A stretch of DNA of 64,000 nucleotides from the NCBI RefSeq assembly GCF_004010195.1, contig NC_057719.1:47066719-47130718 (forward strand). The letters run 5' to 3'. The position numbers were made by a program, and so were the translations under genes. The notes beneath the pieces are model-generated. The model was not told the origin of the DNA, made no database searches, and saw only the letters and a list, made by a program, of their open reading frames with translations. How positions within the stretch are numbered: the stretch's first letter is position 1; every line of letters starts with the position of its first letter. The stretch comes from Chiloscyllium plagiosum. Taxonomy: Eukaryota. This document shows, one piece after another, positions 12,909 through 25,932 of the stretch.

Positions 12909-13639
12909 TAATGCCCTCCCTAATGTTTCAATTACCTATGATTTCTATAACTGCAAGAAAAAACCCCGGGATCAGATTTTGTTTCCCCAACATCATCTTG
13001 CAGCTCCTCAATTTGCCTTTTTGTTGTTTGGCCACAAGTCACTACCCTTGAAATCTTTTGCACGTCCTGTAGTCATACTCAATTTCTTGCCTTCTAATTG
13101 ATAAGTTCCCTACGCAAATGGTCAGACTGCAGGTCAGATTTTGAGTTACATACAACCCCCTTACTCTCACCTCAAGATTTTATTGTTCACACTGAGTTGC
13201 TTTCTTTTCCGTTTGCTTAACAACACAAAGACATGTACGATTAGGATTAGGATTCTTGGATTTGGGAGTTTTATGGACTGTCTCAACGCCTGTTTCTTTC
13301 TTGGCCAATGCAGTGTAGAACATGTAGAACATGGTACCAGAATGCTTCAATGGACTCTCTTCCGGAACCATACAGGCTGGAAAACTGATGCAACACCAAG
13401 ATTGGAAACCTCGACAACATAGGTGCTGCCTAAATGTGTTTGAAACACTCAAGAAAACAGAAGTGTTGAAAGGCAAGGTGGGTCCTCAACAAGTTTCAGC
13501 CAGGTTCCACTTCCCTTTGCTGATCAGGTGGATTAGATACAATCATTGCAAAGTCTTGTTGGAAGTGTTTATTGGCAGTTGTGATGTTGTGACGACTGAT
13601 CTTAGCCCTGGATCACCAATGGACACATTGAACTTTTAA

Positions 13640-14545
13640 TTGCAACATGTGTTTTCTTTTGAAAAAAAGGGGAGATACAGTCAAAAGATATAATCTAGTG
13701 CCTGTCTGAAAAGGAATTCTAGAATATTACACATGAAGGAGTATAAAAAGGTTTCAAAAGAAGAAATGCACTTCAAACTGAACTGTAATCGCATGTGAGT
13801 ACCTCAAACTGTGAACATGATGGGAGAAAAGACAATAGGCTGGGTGCCAGACATTTCCTTTTTGCATTTTCCCCTTTCAAGAATACACCGCTTAAAGCTT
13901 ATTTTAACCTTGATCTGTGTGTGTTAACAAACTGAGCTGTTTGAGTGTGCTGGTGAGATGAGGTACTCATGTGTCCAGCCAGGGTTGAAGTGCTGGTGGG
14001 CTCTGAAAATCACAAAGAACTATTCATTAGTCACCACTATGTTGCAGGTAAACGATTCTTTTGCTCTGCATTTTGGAAGCCAGTTATCAAAACTTCCAAG
14101 GGAAACAGTAAAAGAATTTCAGCTAACTTGTGAAGCCAAGAATCTTGAAATCAACTCTTCAGCTATTAACATCCTCTATCAACCGAGTGACCCAGAGACT
14201 GATCCATATATGATTTAACTTTATTCATCATTTTCTGGATCTATCTCTCATTTCTAATCCGTGTGTGTGTGTGTGCTATGTTATTATTTCTTCTCCTGTT
14301 TAATAACTAATAAAAACACTTTTGTTAACTCAAGAAAGCCTGGTTCAATATTAATCCTTTTAAAACTTAAATTCCTTTGGTCTGAGAGAAAGTTATCCAC
14401 AAGGGAAAAGATCCCTCTTAAAGTAACCTTGTTGCAATCAACCAAGGGGGTTGGAGAATTAAGAAGGGAAGCCTTTATTCTTCTGCATCCAGGAACTTAA
14501 TGAACTGGGGTACCCCATGTGGGACCTCATCTTCAGACTGATAAC
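13640..14545 (+). mobile_element. Possible solo LTR (Gypsy/ERV-like)
   Basis: About 900 bp non-coding block starting TG and ending near GATAAC, with a (GT)n run at 14261 followed by AATAAA at about 14309. No partner LTR or TSD was confirmed. Confidence 0.3.
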
Positions 14546-16955
14546 GCCAATGATAACAGTCAGGGGAGTGAGAGAGAGAGAGGAGTTCTTAAACCCTGAA
14601 AGTAGGATGGTGTTTGCAGTGCATCCTAGTAGGCAGCATCATTAACAGATGGAACAGAGAGGGCAAAGAGGGGAAGTATTGCAAGGGAATAATCAATCTG
14701 AAGAAAAGGAAAGCTTTCCAGTATAGTCCTTGTGCACCATGGGTATTCCAGGAGAGAAACTCCCACATTTGAATGGACCAGGAGCAATGTCTGAGGCAGC
14801 TCACATTTACAAAGGGTATGTCACCTCTTTCGATTTGACCTGGAGCCTCTCATAAGGATAAGACGACCTTCCCAGTCACATTGGTCATGAAGGTCATTAC
14901 CTCAATCACATCCTCAGCCTTCATGACTCTGAGTCAGATGGGGTCTCCCAGTTTATGGTGGTCTGCTCTATCCTGTATGAACTGGCCAATATAAGCCCAT
15001 AAGATGTAATGCAAATGTAGGTTATTTGTCTCACCAAATCTGCCCTGCCATTCTATGTGGCCATGGCTGATCTAATAATCCTAAAGCCCACTTTCCCACC
15101 TTTTCTCCGTAACCCTGGATTCCCTTAATGATTAGAAACCTGTCTATCTCCACGTGAATATGCTTAACAATCCAAGCTAGATAACTTTCTGCAGTAAAGA
15201 ATTCCACAGGTTCACATCCTCTGAGAGAAGAAATGCCCCTCATCTGTTTCTTAAGTGGGTGATCCATTATTCTGACTTTGCCCTCTGGTTGTAGATTCTC
15301 CCACAAGGGAAACAACCTCAGTATCTACAATTAAACCCCCAGGAATGTTATATGTCTTAATCCAATCACCTCTCATTCTTCTAAACCTTTCTAAACTCAA
15401 CCCATTCAACTTCTCCCCACGAGAAACTCCCTCCAAGCTAGCAATCACCTGAGTGAACCTCCTCTGACCATCTGTCTTTCCCTAGATAAGGGACCCAAAA
15501 CTGTTCACAGTAATCTAGATATGGTCTAACTAATGCCTAGAAATAGTTTTAGCAAGCCCTCCCTATTTTCAAGCTCCATTCCCTTTGAAATAAAGGCCAA
15601 TTGACTTCCCTATAACCTGCTGAACTTTTAAACTGGCTTATTGAGATTTACAGAAAAGGAACTCTAAATTACTTTGTGCTGCAGCTTTCTGTAGTCTTTC
15701 CCAAGTTACATAACACTCAGCTCCTTTCTTCTTCCTGTCAAAGTGCAGAACCTCATATTTTCCCACATTACATTCCTTCCACCTAAAGTATGGCGTCTCA
15801 GAACCTGCCTGTATCCCTCTGCAGACACTTAGTGTCATCCTCATTGCTTGCCTTGCCAACTATTGTTATGTATCTCCAAACTTGTGATGGTACATTCATT
15901 TTCCCCATCGAGGTTATTAAAATATATATTGCAAATAATCATGGTGCCAGCACTGATTCCTGTAGCACTCCACTAGTTACAGATTGCCATCTGAAAATGC
16001 CCCCTTATCCCAATTCTGTCTTCAATAATCAGCCAATTTTCTATCCTGCTGATGCACTACCTCCACCACCATGGGTTGTTATATTAAGCAGCACTACGCA
16101 CTGCACCTTATCAAACATGGTTTGAAAATCCAAATATATTATATTCAACCTGTTTGTTACCTCCTCAAACATTCTAATAAATTTATCAGACATGAATTCC
16201 CCTTTGTGAAATCATGTTAACTCTAATGAATTATATTATGCATTTTGAACATTCTGCTATTATATTCTTTATAAAGATTATAAGATTTTCCAATGATAGC
16301 TATTAAGCGAACTGACCTACAGTCACCTATTTATTACGTCCTTCCCTTTTTTGACTGAGATAATAACATTGGCAGTTTTCCAATCCTCTAGAATTCATCT
16401 AGAATCTCAGGATTCTTGGAAGACTCCTACCAGTGCGTTCACTATCTGCTCCTGCTTCCTTTAGTATCCAAGAATGCAACCTATCAGGTCCAGGGGATTA
16501 CTAGCCATTTATCCACATTAGTTTCCCTAGTACCTTTTTCTCTGGTGATAGTTATTGCATTTATTTTCTCCTCATTTTTGCCCCTTGATTATTTAGTATT
16601 TTAGCGTACCATTAGTATCTTCTACCATGAAGACTAAGTATTTACTCAATTCCTCTGTCATTCCCTATTATTATTTCCCCAGTCTCATTCTCTAAGGGCC
16701 TATATTTACTTTAACCTCTCTATTTTTTTCATCTATTTAGAAAAGCTCTTAATGCTCTCTTTTCATATTACTTGCCAGTTTCCCCTCAGTTTATTTTCTC
16801 CCTCTGTTATTTTTTGACTTGGAGGTGCCAGTTTTGGACTGGGGTGGACAAAGTTAGACTCACACAACAGCAGGTTATGGTCCAACAGGTTTAATTGGAA
16901 GCACTAGCTTTCGGAACACTGCTCCACAATCACCTGATGAAGGTCCAGTGCTTTT

Positions 16956-17361
16956 GGGGCAGCACGGTGGCTCAGTGGTTAGCACTGCTGCCTCACAGCA
17001 CCAGGGTCNNNNNNNNNNNNNNNNNNNNNNNNNNNNNNNNTGACCTGCACATCTTTGGACTGTGGGAGGAAACCGGAGCACCCAGAGGAAACCGACGCAG
17101 ACACAAGGAGAACGTGCAAACTCCACACAGTCAGTCGCCTGAGGCGGGAATTGAACTCGTGTCTCAGGCGCTGTGAGGCAGCAGTGCTAACCACCATGCC
17201 ACCCACATGGCGGTGCAGGTCCGGTGAATTGACCATGCTAAATTGCTCGTAGTGTTGGGTGCATTAGTCAGAGGGGAATGGGACTGGGTGGTCTACTCTT
17301 CGGAGGGTCGATGTGGACTTGTTGGGCCTGTTTCCACACTGTAGGGAATCTAGTCTAATCA
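16956..17361. mobile_element. Composite HE1 SINE: + head (16956-17008), gap, - head (17041-17205), + tail (17213-17361)
   Basis: SINE motifs occur in both orientations on either side of the N run. Confidence 0.85.
17009..17040. other. Assembly gap (32 N)
   Basis: Run of n. Confidence 1.
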
Positions 17362-17689
17362 TTCGAATCTAAACCTGTTGGAATATAACCCGCTGTTGTG
17401 TGATTTTTAACTTGCTTATTTTTTGGTCATGTTTTCTTGATTTTTTTTAAAACCTTTCTAATTCTCTTGGTTCCCACTAATTCTTGCCATGTTGTGTTTT
17501 TTTTTTGAATTGCAATTTGCTGCCGTTTAACTTCTCTAGTTAACCTTGGTTGTTGTATCTTCTTCCTAGCTTCCTTTTGTCTCACAAGGATATGGTTTTA
17601 TTGTGAGTCATGAACCTTTTCTGAAATATCTGCTGTTGTTCATTAACAGCCTCTTTTGCTAAACTCATTTCTCACTCCTCTCAGTGAAT

Positions 17690-18225
17690 TTGTGTGTATA
17701 ACTCTGGCCACCCTGCTATAGGAAGAGTGTTGTTAAACTTGAGAGAGTGCAGAAAAGACTTGCAAGCACGTTGCCAGGATTGGAGGGTTTGAGTTATAGG
17801 GAGAGACTGAATAAACTGGGGCTTTTTCCCCTGGAGCAGAGACCAAGGGATGACCAGAAATGGTTGATAAAATCATGAGTGGCACGATAGGGTGAATAAT
17901 GAAGGCCTTTTTCCCAAGGTAGAGTAGTCCAAAACTAGAGGGTATAGGTTTAGAGTGAGACGGGAAAGATTTCAAAAGGATCTGAGGCATAACTTTCTCA
18001 CGCAGAGGTTGGTACATCTATAGAATGAGCTGCCTGAGGAAGTGGTGCAGGCTGGTACAATTATGACATTTAAAAGGCATCTGGATGGTTATATGAATAG
18101 GAAGAGTTTAGAGAGATATGAGCCAAATGTTGGCAAATGGGACTAGGTCAGATTGGGATGTCTGATCAGCATGGATGAATTGGACCGAAGGGTCTGTTTC
18201 CGGGAGTTATGGCTCTGTGACTCTG
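17690..18225 (+). mobile_element. CR1/HER1 LINE 3' fragment
   Basis: Encodes remnants of LERVQKRLASTLPGLEGLSYRERLNKLG. The 3' UTR has GGACCGAAGGGTCTGTTTCC and a (GACTCTGT)-like tail. Confidence 0.9.
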
Positions 18226-18433
18226 TAACTCCATTCTCATTCCTTTTTAATTCCTCTTAATCAAGCTCAGTACATTTGTTTCCAGGCCAGTATTCTCATT
18301 CTCAAACTGAATGCTAGAATCTAACATGTTATGGTCACTGCTTCCACAGGATCTTTTACTCTGAAGTCACCTGCCTTATTATACATTACCAGATCCAAAA
18401 TAGTTTGACTCCTAGTTGGATAGGCAACTTATT

Positions 18434-18562
18434 GTTCCTAAAGAAGGGCTTATGCCCGAAACGTCGATTCTCCTGTTCCTTGGATGCTGCCTGACCTGCT
18501 GCGTTTTTCCAGCAACACATTTTTAGCTCTGATCTCCAGCAGCTGCAGCCCTCACTTTCTCT
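18434..18562 (+). mobile_element. Penelope-like short repeat (family A)
   Basis: CCTAAAGAAGGGCTTATGCCCGAAACGTCGATTCTCCTG...GATGCTGCCTGACCTGCTGCG...CTGCAGCCCTCACTTTCTC. Confidence 0.75.
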
Positions 18563-19394
18563 CAACATATTGTTCTGGGAAACTGTCCTGAATACACTCT
18601 GTGAATTCTTCCTTATGGTTTCCTCTGTTATTTGATTTTCCAAATCTACATGGAGATTGAAGTACCCTCAGTGGAAGTGATGACCGAGTGGTATTATTAC
18701 AAGAGTATTAACACAGAGACCCAGGGAATTTCCTGGAGACCTAGTTTGAATATCACCATGATTTTTATTGACTTCAAATTCCACCATCTGCCATGGCAGG
18801 ATTTGAACAGTCCAGCAACAGTACCGCTCGGCCATTGCCAATCCTACTGTATTTGCTGCTCATGGTCTTGTCTTCTCTAGATTGGAGTGACAAAATTCAG
18901 ACCAGGTTGAAGACATCTGCTCTATCCATAAATATGACCCTGAGCTTCCAACTGCCAGTCACCTCAGCACACCACTGTATTCCCACGTCAATATTTCTAT
19001 TCAGGCCTGTTACAGTCCTCCAGTAAAGCTTTCACTTAGGTACCTTACAGCCCTCAGGACTCAACATTTAACAATTTCAGAGCATGAACACCCCTCTCCA
19101 TGTTCATTAACCACCCCCACATCCCCAGAGGGTTTTGTTCTCAGTGCAGCCAACCCATTTTCAACGATTCAGTTTCCATATCACCTTCTCAAAAATCTCT
19201 TTGTCTGTTTCCCCTGTTGTCTTTTTTTAAGTCTCTCTCCCCAACAAATGCAAGCATTCATTTCAAAGTCAACTGTGTTTGCTAGCTAAGTTTATATGCT
19301 CTCCTTTTCAACATTTTTCAGATGTGTGGTGAGAATGGCTTCTGTGAAGTTGATAATGAATTAGTCTACATGGTTTTACTTGTCTGTGCAATGT

Positions 19395-19720
19395 CAGCAT
19401 TTCTGCCAGCTGCAACATTTGTTACTCATCCTTAATTTCCCCAAATGGTTGTTGGTGGTGAACTGTCAACTGGATTTCTTGCTAGCCTAATTCTGAGGGT
19501 AGTTAAGAGTTGATCACATGACTGTCAATGTGAAGTCACGTGGAAGAACAGCAGTTTTATTTTTTGAAAAGCTGTTAATGACCTTGATTGACTTCTACAG
19601 CAATCCAATAGTTTCATCAATATCACCAATCCAACTTTTCATTTCAGATTGATTTACTTACAGGGAAATTCCCCATCTGTCATTGTGGAATTAAGAACTC
19701 TTGATTCGGGATCATCAAAC
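19395..19720 (-). mobile_element. Old second-family SINE (L2-like tail), degraded
   Basis: Similar to 39335-39720: AGTTAAGAGTTGATCACAT...CCATCTGTCATTGTGGAATT. Confidence 0.55.
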
Positions 19721-22149
19721 ACTATGATACCATCCTGCCTTGTGAAATAGATGAAGATATTTACACAGCAAATATTGAAGGGTTTAAAGCAATGGCCAAA
19801 TAAAAAATGGAAGTAATAACACACGAGAAATACAAATAGCAAAACAAAATCACAAGAATATAATGGCATGGTGAACTATTTAAACAAACTTCTGTCCAGA
19901 TTGTCAAATCACAAAACAACTAAGTTGTTAACATTCTAATGATAAGGATGGTGCAATTTTGAATGGCTACAGTACGTGGTGATAAAAGCTTATCCTGAGA
20001 TGCAACAGCACAATTGAAAAGAGCCTTACCATCTGTTTGAGAACACTTTGCTTTGATATATTTTTACAAACGTACCAAGGATTTTTTTTAAAATATGAAA
20101 GGTTAATCTTATTCTGGCCTGGTACGTTTGCATAAGCTGCACATGTGGTTTCCTAATGGCTGACATGTAACATATATAGAAAATTTGCAAAGAAACACTG
20201 AAAACACTCTGAGCAGATCACAGAGAATGTAGGGTTTAATGTGTTGATTTTGACCAAATACTTTGACAAATTGGGCCTTTTTATCAGCCACTCAAGTACT
20301 GTAATGCCAAATGACTATTTGAAATTAATATATTAAATTCAATCGTCTAGATACTAGACCCCTTTGTCCCCATTATACACTTAAGGGTCCAGTTTGCAAG
20401 ACTATGTGTATGGCCTTGTTCTGCTTCAGAAGTGAGCTTCCTCCCCTACTGATGAGTCTGTACCTAAAAAGGGACTCAGACCTTTTTTGGGGATAAATTT
20501 TTATGGGGCCAAGGGGGGAAACAGGAATGTTCTTTGTGCCTCTGCAAAGCTGATACAGCTTTGTGGTAGCTGCTGGCTAATTTGCCCGCCTGGGGGAGTC
20601 CCTGGTACTCTCTCATACTCTCACTATTACTTATCAAGCACATATCTGGATAAGGGCGTGAACAGCTTTGCTAAACTTACACTGATTTAATAGAAAAAAA
20701 ACATTAGCACCTCTGAGTCCAAGATGCAGACCTGTCAAGTAACTGTCCCAACAGACCCTCCTTTTCCTTCCGACCATTGTTACTAACATCACCTCCTCCT
20801 GCTTCACTTCTCATCCAATCCAAAATGTTGTCTCCTTCAGTTTTGGACCTATTACTCCCATGATCTTATTCTTGAGATCCACTTCCTGCTTCTATAGCTT
20901 CTGTGAGCAAAATCTCTGCGAACCAACGGAATTATGAGAGGTGAGAAAGCACATTAAATATGGGTGGCAGGTTTGCATTGCATTGATGGTAGATGGGATT
21001 CCTGATCCATCTTCAGTCCAGCCACTTTATCCTTTAGGAATAATCTTCTCTATGGCACATTTCAAAGTACGATAGAGAAGTGCAGCAAGTCTCTTAGGAA
21101 GTCTTGTGTGTCACCTGAAGCTCAGGGTTAGCTCTCTTGTCTCTGAGTCGGAGGGTCATGGGCAATCCTATGTCAGAATCATGAAGCAAGACTGCCAGAT
21201 CTACACATGGTGCAGACTCAGTGTGCCAATGGTGAAGCACCTGGTAACCTGGGAAGAGTCTGGGTCATAACTGGCCACTTGAGGGATGCAATTGACCAAA
21301 GACTAGGATGCTGCTTAATTCCTCCTCCAACACTGATAAACTGAAAGTCAAGTTTGGTTAGTGATCAATACGGACCAACCTGCTAAGCAACACAATTTTA
21401 CACAACCCCCTCCACCTGCTACAACTTGTTCTGGCTGTCAAATTCTGGCCACATGTCAAATTGAGACTTTACTTCTGCACAAGCTGCTTAGCTAGGGCTT
21501 CCTCCTTTTGAATGATGTATTTTATGCATTAGGTTATTGGTTTCATGATTAATCTTTATGTTTATTCCTAATAATTATTTCCATTATTTTAACTGGTGTT
21601 GGTGTGAGACTGAATCAATCTGCTTTATGACACTGTCTATATGAAGAAAAAGAGGTTAGTGCTAGCTGGTATTCAAAACAAAGGACAGCAAATGGTGAAA
21701 CGATTGCTTACAAGTTTCCAGCCTGTGATTTAACTCAAGAAATTTTTGTGGGAGGAAGTTGTTTTTCAGAAACATATCAATATTTGTTCTCTTAGCAAAG
21801 CACCATATGTTGTTCTAATTCACTGTTTTTCTGGAAAACTGATCAGGATTTCTAATGTTTTTTACACTCCTGCAACAGGTCCATCTCAGCCCGCTCCAAA
21901 ATAAAACATGTCCTTAAGTAATACATGGCAGATAAAAAAGAAATCCACCTGTTTTCTTTTAAGGAGATCTGGGGTTATTTATTTTGGAGGTACTGAAATT
22001 CTGGCAGTGAGAATGACAAATATTCGGTTTGTATTTTCATACAGCTGGCCTCAGTTTTCCTTCCATTCCTCAAAGTTCATACTATAGTTTAATTGAACTT
22101 CAAGATTATGGTACATACACAAATCAAAGGAATTCTCCAGTCTAAAGAA

Positions 22150-22455
22150 TGTCAAAATGTAAGCTTACTTTACTTGCTTGAATAGAAATTTTAATTTCGC
22201 CATTCAACCATGATGAACCAGGAGGGCCTTAATGCAGGGGCTGAGTAATCAATTACAGGCCTGAAATGGCACTGCCAATAGTTGAAAACTGTCACAAATG
22301 TTAGCGCACTAAATGTGAATAGAGTGTAATAGAAAGTTTATCTAATGGTCATTGTAATAGTAATTCAGATGTTTAGATCAATAATGCAATGAATATGCAT
22401 TTAAATGCTACTCTGGCATTTTGACAAACTGAATTAAGGATAATTAAATACAAAG
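22150..22455. promoter_or_regulatory. Candidate conserved non-coding element (enhancer)
   Basis: Repeat-free, no ORF, and dense in TAAT/ATTA cores (GTAATCAATTAC, CTAATGG, GTAATTC, GGATAATTAA) plus TGTCA and ATGCATTT. Conservation was not tested. Confidence 0.4.
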
Positions 22456-22474
22456 TTGATGACAGTAAAAGTTA

Positions 22475-22690
22475 CTAGAAAGATTGTCAAGTTCGCCCAT
22501 TATGACCTTTAAGCGTGGAAATTTGCCTGTGTTAGCTAGTCTGGCTTACTTGTGACTCCAATTTCACATCAATACAGTCGGCTCTTAACTCCCCTCTGAA
22601 ATGATTTAACAAGGAATTCAATTCACAACAACTAAGAATCGATAATAAATGCTAGTCTTGTCAGTGACACTGACATCCCATGAACAAATT
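22475..22690 (+). mobile_element. Old second-family SINE 3' half
   Basis: GGCTCTTAACTCCCCTCTGAAATG...AATAAATGCTAGTCTTGTCAGTGACACTGACATCCCATGAAC, homologous to 39890-40115. Confidence 0.65.
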
Positions 22691-23231
22691 GAAACAAGCT
22701 TGATCCCGACACCTATACAAGCAATGCCAACATAACTCTTTAGGCAATATCGTGCACAGCACCAAAGTAACCTATTTGTTTTGTTGCCAAAGTCAGCAAA
22801 CTGTGCCTAGAAGAGAAATCAGACATACTGGCCTTTGTCGTTTGCACTGTCTATTGTACTGAGAGTGAGGAGTGGCAAGGTACAGCTTCCGAATCATTCA
22901 GCATTACCATCAGGCATCAGAGAAGTACAGAAATGTGACTAAAATCTAATGGTCACAGATAACTCAACACAAAGTACAACCAGCCCCAGCACCAAGGTAA
23001 AGTAAAGGAGGTGCTGTTGACTAATTTAAATATTAGTAGTACCTTGTTGCTATATACTTCATCTAAAACTCTGCTGGCACTAAATCCCACACACCCATAT
23101 CCCTGTGTTCACTGACCTACACTGACTCACAGTTATGTAATACCTCAAGTTTAAAATTCTTATTTTTATTATCAGATTCCTCCAACGGTTCACCCCACCC
23201 TATTTCTTTAGTCTTCACCAACCATACAATC

Positions 23232-23520
23232 TGGCTCACTGGCTAGCACTGCAGCCTCACAGCACCAGGGTCCCAGGTTCGATTCTAGCCTTGGGTGACT
23301 GGCTGTGTGGAGTTTGCACATTCTCACCGTGTCTGCGTGGGTTTCCTCCGGATGCTCTGGTTTCCTCCCACAGTCCAAAGATGTGCAGGTTAGGTGAATT
23401 GGCCATGCTAAATTGCCCAGAGTGTTAGGTGAATTAGTCAGAAGGAAATGGGTCTGGGTGGGTTACTCTTTGGAGGGTTGGGTTGGGCTGAAGGGCCTGT
23501 TTCCACACTGTAGGGAATCA
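23232..23520 (+). mobile_element. HE1-type SINE
   Basis: A/B boxes (GGTTCGATTCT), central domain and tail GGGCCTGTTTCCACACTGTAGGGAATC. Confidence 0.95.
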
Positions 23521-25538
23521 TAAAAAAAACAGTAATACCTCTGCAAATTTGGCTCCTTCTGCATCCCCAGTTTCTTTGTTCCAACACTGGTGTACATACC
23601 TACAGCTGCCTAGGACCTAAATTCTGAAAGTTCCTCCTTCAACCTCTCCACTTCTTTGTCTCTTTCATTTCTCTCAACTTTCAAGATACTCTTTAAACAT
23701 GCGTCTCTGATCACAAACACAAGAAATAGGAGCAAAATTAGGTCACTTGGCCTCAAGCTTTTGGTTAACTGTTCTGATATTTTGGTATCACATTACTGTG
23801 GTTTGATAATGCACCTGTAAATCTTTTGGAACATTTTAATTTATTATGTTGCTATATAAGTGTAAATTATGGCTCTGGTTCACAATTAAGGGTGCAGATT
23901 TTAATCTCAGCAAACTGGAACAAAAAAAAACTACCTTATTCAACCACTTTATATTTTACTTTCTCATTAGCAGCCACAAAGACAAAAAGTTAGAAATTAG
24001 AGCATGCCTAAAAATGGACATGCATCTACAGGAACTGGTTTGATTATATAAACTTTCCAATGTTGTATCTGTGGGAGATAGGTTACGTCTCATGCAGACT
24101 TGGTGCAAGATCAGCTTCTGCTGAAAAGTAGACCTGGTACATTCCCCGATCACATAAGGATGAGCAATCTGTGTGTTCATCCTTTGCCAACACCAGCTGG
24201 TTCCTCATCATCCCCTCCACTGACGGATAGCCCTTCATCAACAGTCCTCAGTGCTTTGCTTTGTGCTTCTTCTCCACTTCAGTATCCTGTTCTCCAATAG
24301 TGTAAGGACCTATGTGACTGATGACACTTAGTGATTGAGTTCTACTTAAACAGATGCCTTCAGCTGACAATTTGGGGCCATCATCTCACAACAAACGGCA
24401 TGTTCCAGGCATGTTTTTGTTTGCATGGAGGGAAGATGACTGCATCTTTTCAAAACATTTCCATGCTTTCCGTAAATATCATCAATTCTTTTTATAATTT
24501 CTCATTTGTTGACTTAAGTTCCACCTAATGAATCTTTCTTAAGCAGAAGGTCTCAGTACTTTCCATTTCTTTGTTTTATGTGTGGATAAAGAACAGCTAC
24601 ATTCTAAATATCTTCTCAAGTCCCTTGTGGCTGAGATGCTAATTTGACTCCAGTTGTAGTCATCTTTGCCATTCAGTCACCTTTTAGATTGTGGTTTCAA
24701 TCTCAATCCTTCAATGCAGTCTGGAGAAAATACTGTAACATCATAGGTCCTGTCATTTGGATTCCGTGTTAAAATAGGACCATGTCTGCCTGCATGAGGT
24801 GGCAAATTGTGAAAGATTCTGACTGTATGACCAATAGAGAGATTGGTGGCTTGGTACCAGCTTAATAAGACAAGTGCTCTCTAAAATATGTTTTGCTTCC
24901 CCTTCCCACTCACTCATTCAGCAAGATACAGACCTATCTGCTCAGTAGCAGTATGCTACTTAAGCATTGACGATGGCAGTGTGTGCGGAACAATTTCAAG
25001 CATGCATATGATAAGATTTCTTTTCTTTTTCTCTTTGTAGGAGCCTCCCATTAGAAGCAAACAGGCAGCTGTTCCCTTTCAAAAGTATGTGTCAGGCAGT
25101 CGTGATCACTCAACAACGAATTACGTTTCCACAATCCATCCAAAGGAGCAATATCGAACACAATGTGACACCAAGCCACATAGCGAGATAGTAGAGCACA
25201 TGTTCAAAAGCTTGGTCAGAGTTAAGTGTCTTAAAAAGGAAAGAAAGTGAGGTCAAGAGCAGAGAGGTTTGGGGAAGGGTTTACACTTTCCCTCCCTAGG
25301 CAGCTAAAACCACATTGACCAATTCTGAAGGGAAGAACACTTGGGGATGAAGGGGCCAGAGAGGAAGATTTTATGGTATAGTACATAGCATCCCTTGTGG
25401 GATTTTCAAGATCTAAAACTGCTAGAATTACTTAAAGATATAGGGAACACTTTTGGATCAGTGCAGGAATATGTTTGGAGGAGGTAAGGAACACTTTGGG
25501 AGAGATTTTTGTGCTTTTTCTGATTGCTAAAAATCCTA

Positions 25539-25880
25539 AGAATTAGAATTCCTACAGTGTGGAAACAAGTCCTTTGGCCCAACAAGTCCACACCAACGAT
25601 CGGAAGGATACCCCACCTAGACCCATTACCCTACATATTCCCTGCTGAATGCAGGGAACCCTGTTGAATCCTACATGTCCCTGAACACTATGGGCAATTT
25701 AGCATGGTCAATTCACCTAACCTGCACATCTTTGGACTGTGGGAGGAAACCAGAGCACCTGGAGGAAACCCATACAGACACTGGGAGAATGTGCAAACTC
25801 CACACACAGTCGCCCAAGGCTGGAATCGAACCCGGGTTCCTGACGCTATGAGGCAGCAGTGCTAACCACTGTGCCACCCC
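25539..25880 (-). mobile_element. HE1-type SINE, near full length
   Basis: Reverse complement runs GGGGTGGCACAGTGGTTAGCAC...CCCGGGTTCGATTCC...TGTAGGAATTCTAATTCT. Confidence 0.95.
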
Positions 25881-25932
25881 ATAATGAATGTACAAAGAAA
25901 GTACATAAACTCATTGGAACTGTCAAGCTGTC

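Larger units (their letters stand above)
16817..17415. mobile_element. Palindromic Penelope-like insertion (family B) with 10-bp TSD, itself interrupted by SINE pieces
   Basis: Left arm TCACACAACAGCAGGTTATGGTCCAACAGGTTTA is the inverse of right arm TAAACCTGTTGGAATATAACCCGCTGTTGTGTGA. CTGATGAAGG lies at 16934. TTATTTTTTG flanks it at 16807-16816 and 17416-17425. Confidence 0.75.
15030..18670 (-). mobile_element. Long decayed CR1-type LINE carrying several nested insertions
   Basis: Minus-strand remnants RRMRGDWIKTYNI (15251-15448) and CNVGKYEVLHFDRK (15638-15859). Upstream linker and endonuclease-like sequence continues at 17416-17690 and 18230-18670. Confidence 0.75.

Noticed and set aside
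22413..22426. 14-mer CTGGCATTTTGACA also present inverted at 4355-4368
   Set aside because: Multiple chance 14-mer matches are expected in a window this size, and the flanks do not align.
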